DNA of 64,000 nt from Oscillospiraceae bacterium. Lineage in GTDB: Bacteria; Bacillota; Clostridia; Oscillospirales; Oscillospiraceae. Shown here piece after piece: positions 27,274-37,159 of this stretch. Both the position numbers and the translations under genes were made by a program. The stretch covers positions 1,856-65,855 of the forward strand of contig JAZQVC010000038.1 in the NCBI GenBank assembly GCA_045631645.1. Direction: 5' to 3'. The first letter of the stretch is position 1. Each line of letters starts with the position of its first letter. The notes beneath the pieces were generated by a model. It saw only the letters and a program-made list of their open reading frames with translations. It was not told where the DNA came from and did not search any database.

Positions 27274-27684
27274 TTATTCACCTATACTTATTTTTCTGCC
27301 AGTATCGGAAATTTTTTCGATCTTAACGCTTATCTCGTTGCCCTCGAAAGCTTCAGAAACATTCTCACTCCACTCGACAGCGCACACACCGCCGCGTGAA
27401 AGATAATCCTCCCAGCCAATATCAAAAAGCTCATCGGCGGATCCCAGGCGATACATATCGAAATGATAAAGCTCTCTTTCTCCGATATATTCATTGACAA
27501 TGGTAAAGGTGGGACTATTCACACGGCTTGAAATACCCATACCTTTTGCCATTCCTCTTACGAAGGCAGTCTTGCCTGCTCCAAGGTCACCATAGAAAGC
27601 GACTACAGTTCCTCCGGGAAGGTCTTCAGCGAAGGCAGCACCTGCCTGCTCGGTTTCAATTTCGTTATTTGTGTATATAATCAT
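27274..27684 (-). CDS. tsaE: tRNA t6A37 biosynthesis ATPase TsaE
   Basis: GDLGAGKT Walker [17 protein letters not shown] motifs. Confidence 0.9.
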   Translation of the reverse strand: MIIYTNNEIETEQAGAAFAEDLPGGTVVAFYGDLGAGKTAFVRGMAKGMGISSRVNSPTFTIVNEYIGERELYHFDMYRLGSADELFDIGWEDYLSRGGVCAVEWSENVSEAFEGNEISVKIEKISDTGRKISIGE

Positions 27685-27849
27685 TCTTCATATCTCCGTT
27701 ATTTTTCTACCATATTATAAACCTAAAATTTGATTGCGTAAAGACCGATATTGTGTTAAACTGGGTTGAAATAAAAAAGAATTGATATTATGATATTAAT
27801 CAGGATACCAATTTGATGTAATTTCTCCGTAATATTAGGTAAAAGGCAG

Positions 27850-29019
27850 GTGATAGCCATTAAATTTTTGAACAGAATAAAGCCTCATGTGCAGGAATTC
27901 ACGAAACGAGCAGATATGGTTTTGTTTGCCCTCTGCTTCATTTGTTCTATATTTGGAATAGTGGTTATCGCCAGCGCCACGAAGGCTTATGACGGCGGTT
28001 CCTTCAAATTTATCTTTGTTCAGGTTTTTGCTTTAATTGTAGGAATTGTTCTTTTTGTTGCTCTTACAGTTCTTGACCTTGATGTTCTTGCGGATAAATG
28101 GATAATGCTTCTCGTTATCGCCGTTGTTCTTATTCTCGCCCTTGTCCCCTTCGGCGAGGATGACGGTACAGGTAACAAAAGCTGGATTCGCTTCCTTGGC
28201 ATAGGAATACAGCCTTCGGAAATTGTTAAAGTTATTTATGTTCTATTGATGGCGAAGCATATAAGCACTCTTAAAGAATATAAAAACCTTAACCACATCT
28301 TTTCCCTTGCTCAGGTTGGCGCCCATTTTGCTCTCTTCTTTGGCCTTATTATTGTCATTTCCGGTGACCTTGGAAGCGCCCTTGTTTTCTTTTTCATCTT
28401 TGCAGTTATGCTGTTTTTCGCGGGACTTAAACTATATTGGTTCGTTCTTGGCATTGCAGCGGTTGCCGCAATTATCCCCTTTGCATGGGAGCATTTCCTT
28501 AAGGAATATCAGAAAGCACGTATTCTTGCCCCCTATGACCCCAGCATTGACCCCAAGGGCGACGGATACCTTTGGCAGACAAACCAGAGCAAGCTCTCTC
28601 TTGCCTCCGGACGATTTTGGGGTACAGGACTTGGAAACGGTCCTCAGACACAGAATCCCTACTCAAACCCTGCAAAACATACCGACTTTATCTTCTCAGT
28701 AATCGGCGAAGAACTTGGAATGTTCGGCTGCATAATCGTATTTATACTTTTGATGCTTATAATCATCCGCTGTGCATATATCGGTCTCACAAGTAAGAAC
28801 CTTATGAGTACCCTTGTCTGCCTCGGTGTCGCAGGCACTCTCCTTTTCCAGACATTCCAGAACATCGGAATGTGCACAGGTCTTACCCCCGTTATCGGTC
28901 TTACTCTCCCCTTCTTCAGTTACGGAGGTTCTTCAATGTTCTCTCTGTTTGCCGCGGTTGGAATGGTTTCGGGTGTTAAATACCGACCAAAACCGCAACG
29001 ATTCTATCATTATCATTAA
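27850..29019 (+). CDS. SEDS-family peptidoglycan polymerase (FtsW/RodA/SpoVE)
   Basis: About 10 TM. Conserved HTDFIFSVIGEELG and LPFFSYGGSS motifs. The start (GTG at 27850) is uncertain. Confidence 0.85.
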   Translation: MIAIKFLNRIKPHVQEFTKRADMVLFALCFICSIFGIVVIASATKAYDGGSFKFIFVQVFALIVGIVLFVALTVLDLDVLADKWIMLLVIAVVLILALVPFGEDDGTGNKSWIRFLGIGIQPSEIVKVIYVLLMAKHISTLKEYKNLNHIFSLAQVGAHFALFFGLIIVISGDLGSALVFFFIFAVMLFFAGLKLYWFVLGIAAVAAIIPFAWEHFLKEYQKARILAPYDPSIDPKGDGYLWQTNQSKLSLASGRFWGTGLGNGPQTQNPYSNPAKHTDFIFSVIGEELGMFGCIIVFILLMLIIIRCAYIGLTSKNLMSTLVCLGVAGTLLFQTFQNIGMCTGLTPVIGLTLPFFSYGGSSMFSLFAAVGMVSGVKYRPKPQRFYHYH

Positions 29020-29052
29020 AAAAAAGCCACCGACTCAGTCGGTGGCTTTTTT
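29019..29052. terminator. Bidirectional intrinsic terminator
   Basis: gccaccgac-tca-gtcggtggc flanked by A8 and T6. Confidence 0.85.
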
Positions 29053-29055
29053 AAT

Positions 29056-29991
29056 TTAGAAAAGCTTTAATTGTTCATTAAAGAAATCGTGGCAAATTGG
29101 GCAAGCTGCTTCATCAGTGCTTATGGTCATAGATGCAAGTCTTGCACCGTATTTAACGGCCTCGGAAAGTTTCATTCCCTTTGTAAGAGCCATTACAGTA
29201 CCGGAGAAGAAAGCATCACCCGCACCGCAAGAGTCCACAAGGCGAACAGGTACAGGAGGACAAATTCCCTTTTCACCTGCTACAGTGTCATAGTAAACGC
29301 TTCCCTGCGCGCCCATTGTAACAACAATCGCAGGAATTGCCAATTTATCGGCAGCAGGGACAAGAAACTCAAGCATCTCTTCAGGAGTAAAGTTCTCAAC
29401 ATTAGCACCGAAAATCTTTCCGCATTCAACTTCGTTGCAAATAAAGCAATCAGTACGCTGCAGATATTCAAGGTGAGGAAGAATGACACTGAGATTGCCG
29501 ACTATTGCATAAGTTTTTTTATTATATTTCTCTGCAAGCTCAAAAACGCGCTCAGCAATGTGTTCATTCAAATCTATCTCAAGAACAACATTTTCACAGT
29601 TAGCAATTATCTGTTCACCCTGCTCATCAACAAGCTTTTCGAGGACAGAAACATCAGGCATGCTGGAAATAGAGCCTGCCAAATCGCCGTTTTCATCGAG
29701 AATAACAAGCCACATGCCTATTCCGTCATGATCCGACATTACCGTATATTTAAGATCAGCACCTACATTTTCAAGGCGTCTCGCGACATCTCTGCCAATT
29801 GCAGTGTCTTCAAGCATGCTGACAAAAGAAACCGGCATACCAACATTTGCAAAATTCTCTACCACATTGCGGCTAACGCCACCATGTACAATTTTTACCA
29901 TGCCAAGGTTTCTGCCAAGAGGATCATATTTACTTCTTGGAAATCCCTTAACATCAACAAAAGTTACTCCGATAACGGCAGTATTGGCCAT
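29056..29991 (-). CDS. PfkB-family sugar/nucleoside kinase (pseudouridine-kinase-like)
   Basis: GGVSRNVVENF N-terminal motif and the DSCGAGDAF C-terminal PfkB signature. Confidence 0.75.
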   Translation of the reverse strand: MANTAVIGVTFVDVKGFPRSKYDPLGRNLGMVKIVHGGVSRNVVENFANVGMPVSFVSMLEDTAIGRDVARRLENVGADLKYTVMSDHDGIGMWLVILDENGDLAGSISSMPDVSVLEKLVDEQGEQIIANCENVVLEIDLNEHIAERVFELAEKYNKKTYAIVGNLSVILPHLEYLQRTDCFICNEVECGKIFGANVENFTPEEMLEFLVPAADKLAIPAIVVTMGAQGSVYYDTVAGEKGICPPVPVRLVDSCGAGDAFFSGTVMALTKGMKLSEAVKYGARLASMTISTDEAACPICHDFFNEQLKLF

Positions 29992-30102
29992 AAAGTCCAC
30001 TCTCCCTCATGATATTAAATGGATTATAGCACAATCCGACACAATTCGGCAATATTATTTCCAGCTTAATTTATAACTTATTCCGTATACATATTCGTGG
30101 GA

Positions 30103-30131
30103 TTGACAGCTTGCCCAAGGGGGCATAAAAT
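30103..30131 (+). promoter_or_regulatory. Putative sigma-A promoter of the MATE gene
   Basis: TTGACA-17 nt-TAAAAT. Confidence 0.4.
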
Positions 30132-30162
30132 GTTGCTTATCAAATTATTAAGGGTATAAATA

Positions 30163-31536
30163 ATGGGTATTTCAAAAACATCATTCTTTACAAAAGATAA
30201 ATCTTTTTATAAAACGCTGTTCCCCTTGATGCTCACAATTGCGCTGCAAAACATTGTTGCTTACAGCGTGAATATGGCCGATAACATCATGTTGGGAACT
30301 TATAGTCAGGACGCTCTCAGCGGAGCTGCCATTGTTAACCAGATATTCTTCATGGTTCAGCAATTTGCTATTTCTATAGGCAACACGCTCGTTGCCCTTG
30401 CTGCACAGTACTGGGGCCAGAACCGAACCTCTCCCATCCGTACCCTTACAGGCATTGCCCTGAAGCTTGGAATTGCGGTTTCTCTCATTCTCGTTGTTCT
30501 TTGCCAGATAATTCCCGTTCCCATGCTCAAGATTTTCACCTCTGCACCTTCTATAATTGCGGAGGGCGAGGTTTATCTTCGTCTTGTTTCCTGGACCTTC
30601 CTTCTTTTTATAATCACCCAGACTTTGATGGCCGCCCTTCGCGCAGTGCAGACTGTAAACATTTCATTTTGGGTTTCTGCCGTTTCTCTTGTAGTCAACG
30701 TATTCTTCAACTATATCCTTATATTTGGCAAATTGGGACTTCCCGAAACGGGAATTGCCGGTGCAGCAATCGGCACCATTATCGCAAGAAGCGTTGAGCT
30801 TGCAATAATACTCGTATATATTCTTAAAAAGGACAAAAAGCTCTCTCTATTCGGAAAAGATTTATTCGCCAAAAATCCTCTTCTCCGAAAGGATTTCACC
30901 AAAGTATATATCCCCATCATGTGCGCGACCGTCCTTTGGGGCGTTTCCGTTCCTATGCAGACTTCTATATTGGGTCATCTCTCCGATAACGCCATAGCAG
31001 CAAACTCAGTTGCAACCACCTTCTATCAGTATCTGAAGGTTATCGTTATTGCCATGTCTTCTGCCTCAGCGGTGATGATCGGTACTGCAATAGGCAGGGG
31101 TGACATGGACAAAATCAAGTCAGACGCCCGCACTCTTTCCTGCATAGACATAGCAATAGGTCTAATTCTTGGACTTGCCCTTGTGCTTCTCAGAAAGCCT
31201 CTTCTCTCCTTCTATGATCTGAACGACGAAGCAATTGAAATGGCTTCTAACCTTATTGCAATAATGGGTCTAATCATGGTGGGTATGAGTTATCAGATGC
31301 CCGTCAGCTTCGGCATTTTCCAGGGAGGCGGCGACGGAAACTTCACCATGAAAATGAATCTTATCAGCACATGGTGCATCGTAATGCCCCTCTCTTTTGC
31401 TGCTGCATTCTGGTGGAAGCTTCCCGTGGAATGGGTCGTTATTGTAATTCAGTCCGACCAAATCTTCAAATGCCTTCCAACCTTCCTCCATTTCCGCAAA
31501 TATACATGGATGAAGAAGCTTACGAGAGCAGAATGA
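30163..31536 (+). CDS. MATE-family efflux transporter
   Basis: 457 aa, 12 TM, with the N-terminal PLMLTIALQNIV.. pattern typical of MATE. Confidence 0.9.
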   Translation: MGISKTSFFTKDKSFYKTLFPLMLTIALQNIVAYSVNMADNIMLGTYSQDALSGAAIVNQIFFMVQQFAISIGNTLVALAAQYWGQNRTSPIRTLTGIALKLGIAVSLILVVLCQIIPVPMLKIFTSAPSIIAEGEVYLRLVSWTFLLFIITQTLMAALRAVQTVNISFWVSAVSLVVNVFFNYILIFGKLGLPETGIAGAAIGTIIARSVELAIILVYILKKDKKLSLFGKDLFAKNPLLRKDFTKVYIPIMCATVLWGVSVPMQTSILGHLSDNAIAANSVATTFYQYLKVIVIAMSSASAVMIGTAIGRGDMDKIKSDARTLSCIDIAIGLILGLALVLLRKPLLSFYDLNDEAIEMASNLIAIMGLIMVGMSYQMPVSFGIFQGGGDGNFTMKMNLISTWCIVMPLSFAAAFWWKLPVEWVVIVIQSDQIFKCLPTFLHFRKYTWMKKLTRAE

Positions 31537-31571
31537 AATTTCATTTAATTCTACACAGGAGTTGAATTTAT

Positions 31572-32627
31572 ATGAAAAAAATCATATTATTCTCCGCAAC
31601 GCTTATTATGTGTATTCTGCTTTTGTCTGCCTGCGGATGTCAGCATCAATGGTCGGAGGCAAACTGCGTCTCCCCGAAAACCTGTGCTCTCTGCGGAGAG
31701 ACAGAGGGCGAAAAGCTATCACATCAATGGGCAGATGCCACTTGCACAGAGCCCAAAACCTGCTCCCTCTGTGAGGAAACGCAGGGCGATGTCTTAGATC
31801 ACCAATGGGAAGCAGCAAACTGCCTTACACCCGAGACCTGCGCCCAATGCGGCGCTACCCAAGGTACAAAACTTGAGCATATATACTCCGATTGGAGCTT
31901 TGACATAGATACCATGAGCCGCAGCTGCGGTCTGTGCGGCGAAACCGAGACCGCCGCCATTGACTACGTATTATATCTGAACTCCGTTCTTCGGGGCAGA
32001 TGGGATTGCGAAAAGGTTTTCGATAAGCTTGCCTATAATGTATATGGCCCTCAGGTTCCCTTCATTGAATTTCTCGATGACGACAGTATAAGATTTTTTG
32101 AATCCGACACTATAAGCCATGCAACAATGGAATTCGTAAGTCTTGAGGAATTCGAAGGGAAAAATCAGTACCATTTTCTCTTAAGCAGCGAAACGGTCAA
32201 TAAGATGGATTTCTGGTACATACCTGAAGATGACGCTCTTTTCTCCCTCATATTTGAATTTGATCGACTCGGCGAAGAAGTTGAGGGATATCTTGAAATT
32301 ATTACAGGAAAATGGACCTTTGATTCCATAGGAGTTATCTATGATGAAAGACTCAAAAATTATGACCACAGCGGCTACAGCATTGAGTTTTTTGAGGATG
32401 GTACATTTTCTGCTTTGCTGGATGAAAGAATTGACGGACATTGGTCAATCTTAAAAGACGATATTATTTATGATGAAAAAGGAGCAAATATTTTGCTCTT
32501 CGCACTTTATGACGGAGACTTTTATAACACCACCATTTTTATGAATGTTAACGATCAGGAAAGCATTCTCGGCATCACAAGATCGCTAAAAGAAACCGTC
32601 TATTTCACTAAAGAAAATTCAAAGTAA
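31572..32627 (+). CDS. Lipoprotein with three tandem 26-aa Cys-rich repeats; otherwise uncharacterised
   Basis: Lipobox LLLSAC. Repeats HQW-x2-A-x-C-x2-P-x-TC-x2-C-x4-G at residues 25-102. Confidence 0.6.
   Translation: MKKIILFSATLIMCILLLSACGCQHQWSEANCVSPKTCALCGETEGEKLSHQWADATCTEPKTCSLCEETQGDVLDHQWEAANCLTPETCAQCGATQGTKLEHIYSDWSFDIDTMSRSCGLCGETETAAIDYVLYLNSVLRGRWDCEKVFDKLAYNVYGPQVPFIEFLDDDSIRFFESDTISHATMEFVSLEEFEGKNQYHFLLSSETVNKMDFWYIPEDDALFSLIFEFDRLGEEVEGYLEIITGKWTFDSIGVIYDERLKNYDHSGYSIEFFEDGTFSALLDERIDGHWSILKDDIIYDEKGANILLFALYDGDFYNTTIFMNVNDQESILGITRSLKETVYFTKENSK
31644..31877 (+). repeat. 3 x 78-nt in-frame coding repeat (Cys-rich module)
   Basis: HQWSEANCVSPKTCALCGETEGEKLS / HQWADATCTEPKTCSLCEETQGDVLD / HQWEAANCLTPETCAQCGATQGTKLE, followed by a degenerate fourth copy (..SRSCGLCGETE..). 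Confidence 0.8.
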
Positions 32628-32661
32628 AAAAACGCTGAGCCAAACGGCTCAGCGTTTTTTT
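32626..32661. terminator. Bidirectional intrinsic terminator
   Basis: acgctgagcc-aaac-ggctcagcgt flanked by A6 and T7. Confidence 0.85.
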
Positions 32662-33467
32662 GTATATCTTTCTATAAAACTTATTGCAAGATCTTTCCAT
32701 GTTCCTGCAGGAAGGGCTTCGGAAAGTCCGCTTGCATGGTCTCCATCCGAGAAGACATGGAGTTCATGGGCAATCCCCTCTTCTGCAAGGGCTGATGCCA
32801 TTTCATAGCTTTGGGACACATTAACCATTTTATCCTTTGCGCTATGCCATATGAAGGTTGGCGGAGTTGAGCGGTCAACATTCTTAGGAGCACAGTATGT
32901 TTCCAAAAGCTCATCGGAATAGAAATCCATTGCACCAAAAACAGCGCGGTTCATAGTTGCTGATGCTCTTGTTAAGTTAACGGCAGGATAGCACAAAATT
33001 GCAGCGCAAGGTCGAGCCTGCTCCATATTATCGCAAACTTCGCCCCAAATATCGTCTCTTATCCAATAATTGCAGTAATTGGCCGCAAGATGTCCGCCTG
33101 CGGAAAATCCCATAAGAATTATTCTTTCGGGGTCAAGATTAAATTCCGCGGCTTTATCTCTGAGGAGCTTTATGGCCGCCGCTACCTGCAGCAAAGGCTC
33201 AGGAAATTTGGTATGAAGATTTGCTGGAACATCGCTTATATCAAAAGATGAATACAGTGTGCTATAGCGAAGCACAAATGCAGCAAAACCTCTTTTAGCA
33301 AAGTACTCAGCAACAACTGGACCTTCTTTTTCGCTCAAAGCATAATATGCTCCGCCCGGCATGATCAGGATAGCAGGAAGACTATCCCCCTCGACGGGCA
33401 AAAAAGCTTCAAGGCTCACGCTGCAATCCTTTTCCCAAAACCTGATAGAATCTCTTACAATATCCAT
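32649..33467 (-). CDS. Alpha/beta hydrolase (esterase/lipase-like)
   Basis: GFSAGGH nucleophile elbow and a C-terminal DH pair. 272 aa. Confidence 0.8.
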   Translation of the reverse strand: MDIVRDSIRFWEKDCSVSLEAFLPVEGDSLPAILIMPGGAYYALSEKEGPVVAEYFAKRGFAAFVLRYSTLYSSFDISDVPANLHTKFPEPLLQVAAAIKLLRDKAAEFNLDPERIILMGFSAGGHLAANYCNYWIRDDIWGEVCDNMEQARPCAAILCYPAVNLTRASATMNRAVFGAMDFYSDELLETYCAPKNVDRSTPPTFIWHSAKDKMVNVSQSYEMASALAEEGIAHELHVFSDGDHASGLSEALPAGTWKDLAISFIERYTKKR

Positions 33468-33473
33468 AGGAAT

Positions 33474-34643
33474 TTATCGGATTATGCGTACGCGCATAAC
33501 CTCATCCATAGCGGAAATCTGCTCCTCAATATGAGCGCTTATATCGCTGCCTGTATCGATTATGGTGTAAGCTATATCTCCGCTGGGCTTATTGATCATA
33601 TGCTCAACGTTGATATTCTCATCGCCAATAAGGTCAAGGAAGCGGTTGATCATACGGGGCACATTTCTGTGAATTACGCAAAGACGAGCCTCGCCTATAC
33701 GCTCAAGGCTGACAGTGGGCAGGTTGACGCTATTTTTGACGTTACCGGTCTTGAGATATTCAACAAGCTCCTGAGCGGCCATAACTGCGCAATTGACTTC
33801 GCTTTCCTCGGAGGAACCTCCCAGATGAGGAGTGAGAATAACATTCTTATGGCCTATAGTTGCCTCGGAGGGGAAATCGGAGGCGAAATAGGCAATTTTT
33901 CCGTTATCGATAGCCGCAAGAACAGCATCTTCATTGACAATTCCGCCGCGGGCGCAGTTTATAAGGCGCACTCCGTCTCGCATTTTTGCTATTGCCTTCT
34001 CATCTATCATTGCCTTGGTTTCGGGAGTGAGAGGAGGATGGAGAGTTATGTAGTCGCAGAGAGGATAAAGCTCGTCGAGGCTTTCTATGCGCTGAACATT
34101 CCTGCTGACCTTCCATGCAGCATCAACGGAGAGATAGGGGTCATAGCCATATACGGTCATGCCAAGATCCAAAGCCGCATTGGCAACCTTGCTGCCAACT
34201 GCACCAAGGCCGATTACGCCGAGGGTCTTTCCCTCCAATTCGGGACCCACGAAATCCTTCTTGCCTCTTTCAACCTCTTCCTTGATGGCATCGTCGCCCA
34301 TACCCTTGAGAGTGTCGATCCAACGCATGGAATCCACAACGCTTCGGGCGATAAGAACCATAAGACTTATGGTAAGCTCCTTGACGGAGTTGGAGTTGGC
34401 GCCGGGGGTATTGAAGACTGCAATACCCTCCTGAGTGCAGCGGTCAACGGGGATATTGTTGACGCCGACACCGCTGCGGGAGATTGCAAGAAGCTCTTTA
34501 TTGAAAACATAATCGTGAATTATCTTGCTGCGCATAAGAATGCCGATGGGGTTTTCCTCTTCTTCAGAAATGGCAAAGCCGGCATTTCTCAGCACGTCAA
34601 GTCCGTTTTCAGAAAGATTATTTATTATCTTTATATCAGCCAT
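33474..34643 (-). CDS. serA: D-3-phosphoglycerate dehydrogenase with a C-terminal ACT domain
   Basis: GVIGLGAVGSKVA NAD motif and D-2-hydroxyacid dehydrogenase signatures. Overlaps serC. Confidence 0.9.
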   Translation of the reverse strand: MADIKIINNLSENGLDVLRNAGFAISEEEENPIGILMRSKIIHDYVFNKELLAISRSGVGVNNIPVDRCTQEGIAVFNTPGANSNSVKELTISLMVLIARSVVDSMRWIDTLKGMGDDAIKEEVERGKKDFVGPELEGKTLGVIGLGAVGSKVANAALDLGMTVYGYDPYLSVDAAWKVSRNVQRIESLDELYPLCDYITLHPPLTPETKAMIDEKAIAKMRDGVRLINCARGGIVNEDAVLAAIDNGKIAYFASDFPSEATIGHKNVILTPHLGGSSEESEVNCAVMAAQELVEYLKTGNVKNSVNLPTVSLERIGEARLCVIHRNVPRMINRFLDLIGDENINVEHMINKPSGDIAYTIIDTGSDISAHIEEQISAMDEVMRVRIIR

Positions 34644-35727
34644 GATTTTTTACCTCAAATTCTTTCATAAAGTCCCTCAGCGCCCTGACAGCTTCAAGAC
34701 TCTGGGCATTATAGATGGAAGCACGCATACCGCCCACAAGACGGTGACCTTTAACATTCAAAAGTCCTGCTGCGGAAGCCTCCTTGGCAAAAAGGGCATC
34801 GGTCTCCTTATCCCCCGTTGTGAAGGTAACGTTCATATAAGAGCGAGCATCGGCCTGAGCACATCCCTTAAAAAGGCGGCTTTCATCAAGGAAATCATAT
34901 AAGAGCGAGCTTTTTTCTTTCTTAAGATCAGCCATTGCCTTGATTCCGCCCTGCTTATCCAGCCACTTTAGCACAAGACCAAGCATATATATGCTGTAGC
35001 AAGGTGGAGTATTATACATAGAGTCCTTGTCTATCATCCGCTTGTAACTGAGCATCAAAGGGGTGATGGGAAGCTCATTTCCCGCAAGGGACTTATCTAT
35101 AATAACAAGTGTGACTCCTGCAGGAGCCATATTTTTTTGAGCACCTGCAAAAATGATTCCGAATTTGGAAACGTCTATCTCCTCGCTGAGGATATTGGAG
35201 GACATATCGGAAACCAGAGGAACGCTGCCCGTTTCAGGCACATAGTGCCACTCTGTGCCGTAGATTGTGTTGTTGGCGCAATAATAAAAATATTTTGCGT
35301 CAGCACTGAGCTTAAGCTCGGATTGAGTAGGAATCCGGGTGTGTCCCTCATCCGATGTGTCAGCAACAATGTTCACTCTTCCGTATTTTGATGCCTCCTT
35401 GGCGGCGGAAGAAGCGAAATTACCGGTTACGGCATAATCAGCGAGCCCGTTTTCTCCCATAAGGTTCAAGGGAACCATTGAAAACTGGGTTGAAGCGCCG
35501 CCCTGAAGGAAGAGTATTTCATGAGTATCGGGCACATTTATAATGCGCTTGAGGTTTGCTTTGGTCTCAGCGAAAATATCCATATAGACGGATGAACGGT
35601 GGCTCATCTCCATAACGCTCATTCCGCTTGAACGGAAATTAAGCATCTCCCCCGCCGCAATTTCCAGAACTTCCTCAGGAAGCACAGAAGGACCTGCGGA
35701 GAAATTATAGGTCTTTTCTCTTGTCAC
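34636..35727 (-). CDS. serC: Phosphoserine aminotransferase
   Basis: YNFSAGPSVLP N-terminus and the AGAQKNMAPAG PLP-Lys region. 363 aa. Confidence 0.95.
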   Translation of the reverse strand: MTREKTYNFSAGPSVLPEEVLEIAAGEMLNFRSSGMSVMEMSHRSSVYMDIFAETKANLKRIINVPDTHEILFLQGGASTQFSMVPLNLMGENGLADYAVTGNFASSAAKEASKYGRVNIVADTSDEGHTRIPTQSELKLSADAKYFYYCANNTIYGTEWHYVPETGSVPLVSDMSSNILSEEIDVSKFGIIFAGAQKNMAPAGVTLVIIDKSLAGNELPITPLMLSYKRMIDKDSMYNTPPCYSIYMLGLVLKWLDKQGGIKAMADLKKEKSSLLYDFLDESRLFKGCAQADARSYMNVTFTTGDKETDALFAKEASAAGLLNVKGHRLVGGMRASIYNAQSLEAVRALRDFMKEFEVKNHG

Positions 35728-35807
35728 GGTTCAATCCCCCTTTTTCAATTTAACGCTTTAACGAAATAAGTGTAATTATATATAATATAAGCTTTTATTA
35801 AAAAATG

Positions 35808-37091
35808 TCAAATAATAATTCCGTAAAGAATATCATTTTTAACTTCTTTTATGAGAACATCAGCAAAAACTCCGTGGAGCGCAGTTCCCTCAGCACATAC
35901 CTCGCAGTAATTATCCGAATGTCCTCTCCAGATGCCGTCCTTTTCCGTTTCAAAAAGCACCCTGAGGGTTCTTCCGACCATAGTTTCGAGATAGCTTTTC
36001 TGCAGCTTTTTTGCCAAAGTCTGAGCCTGACGTGCTCTTGCGTTTTTAACGGATTTTTCAAGCTGTCCGTCCATGGAAGCTGCAACTGTGCCGGGTCTAA
36101 TTGAATATGGGAAAATATGCATTGATGAGAAGCGGCACTTTTCTATAAAAGCAAGGGTTGCATCGTGCTCCTCCTCACTTTCCCCCGGGAAGCCGGTGAT
36201 AAGGTCGGCACTTATGGCGCAATCAGGAAAATGCTTGCGCAGCATTTCCACCGCAGCATAAAACTCTCCGGTGTCATACTTTCTGTTCATATTCTTCAAG
36301 GTGCGGTCGCAGCCGCTTTGAAGGGCGAGGTGAAAATGCGGACATACATTTCCAAGTTCCTTAAGCATTACGCAAAAATCCTCATCTATAACCGTGGGCT
36401 CAAGAGAACCTATATGGATTCTGGTCTCGCCGGCTGCGGAGGCAATGGCTTTAATTACTGTGGCAAGATTTGGTTTTTCCGGAAGATCGATGCCGTAGGA
36501 GCTGATTTCAATTCCCGTTACAACTATCTCTTTATAGCCTTCTGCAGCAAGCTTTTTGGCTTCCTCAGCGCATTCATTCAAGGGCATGCTTCTTACATGT
36601 CCTCGGGCATAAGGAATTATGCAGTAGGAGCAATAGTTATCGCAGCCGTCCACAATTTTCATATGGGCTCTTGTGCGTCCTTCCATAGCACCACCGGGAA
36701 GTCTTTCAATGCTTTTTCTGCTGAAAGGATCATCAACATTTATCTGCTTTACTCTGTCAGCATAAGCCTTTTCAATGGCATCCACAAAGGCAGTTCTGTC
36801 TCCGCTTCCGAAAATAACGTCGGCGCCTATTGCCTCAGCTTCCTCTGCGCTCACCTGACTGTAGCATCCGCAAAGAGCGCTCAGGGCATAGGGATTATCC
36901 GCCATAAGTCTTCTTATTGCTTGGCGGGACTTGCGTCCGCTTTCAGCAGTAACGGCGCAGCTATTGACGATAACAACATCCGCTTCCCCGCTAATAGCAG
37001 GAATATGACCTCTTGAAGAGAGCATTTTTTCAATTGCCGCAGTTTCAAACTGGTTGACCTTGCAGCCAAGAGTTGTGATAATATATTTCAT
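35808..37091 (-). CDS. mtaB: tRNA t6A37 methylthiotransferase MtaB (radical SAM)
   Basis: TLGCKVNQFE N-terminal cluster, CDNYCSYCIIP radical-SAM CxxxCxxC, and a C-terminal TRAM. Start set at MKYIITT (ATG at 37091). Confidence 0.85.
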   Translation of the reverse strand: MKYIITTLGCKVNQFETAAIEKMLSSRGHIPAISGEADVVIVNSCAVTAESGRKSRQAIRRLMADNPYALSALCGCYSQVSAEEAEAIGADVIFGSGDRTAFVDAIEKAYADRVKQINVDDPFSRKSIERLPGGAMEGRTRAHMKIVDGCDNYCSYCIIPYARGHVRSMPLNECAEEAKKLAAEGYKEIVVTGIEISSYGIDLPEKPNLATVIKAIASAAGETRIHIGSLEPTVIDEDFCVMLKELGNVCPHFHLALQSGCDRTLKNMNRKYDTGEFYAAVEMLRKHFPDCAISADLITGFPGESEEEHDATLAFIEKCRFSSMHIFPYSIRPGTVAASMDGQLEKSVKNARARQAQTLAKKLQKSYLETMVGRTLRVLFETEKDGIWRGHSDNYCEVCAEGTALHGVFADVLIKEVKNDILYGIII

Positions 37092-37159
37092 AAAGCTTAC
37101 CTTGTAATAAAATTTAAGTTGATATATAATAATGAAAATTTTACACGGAGTTGAAAGCC

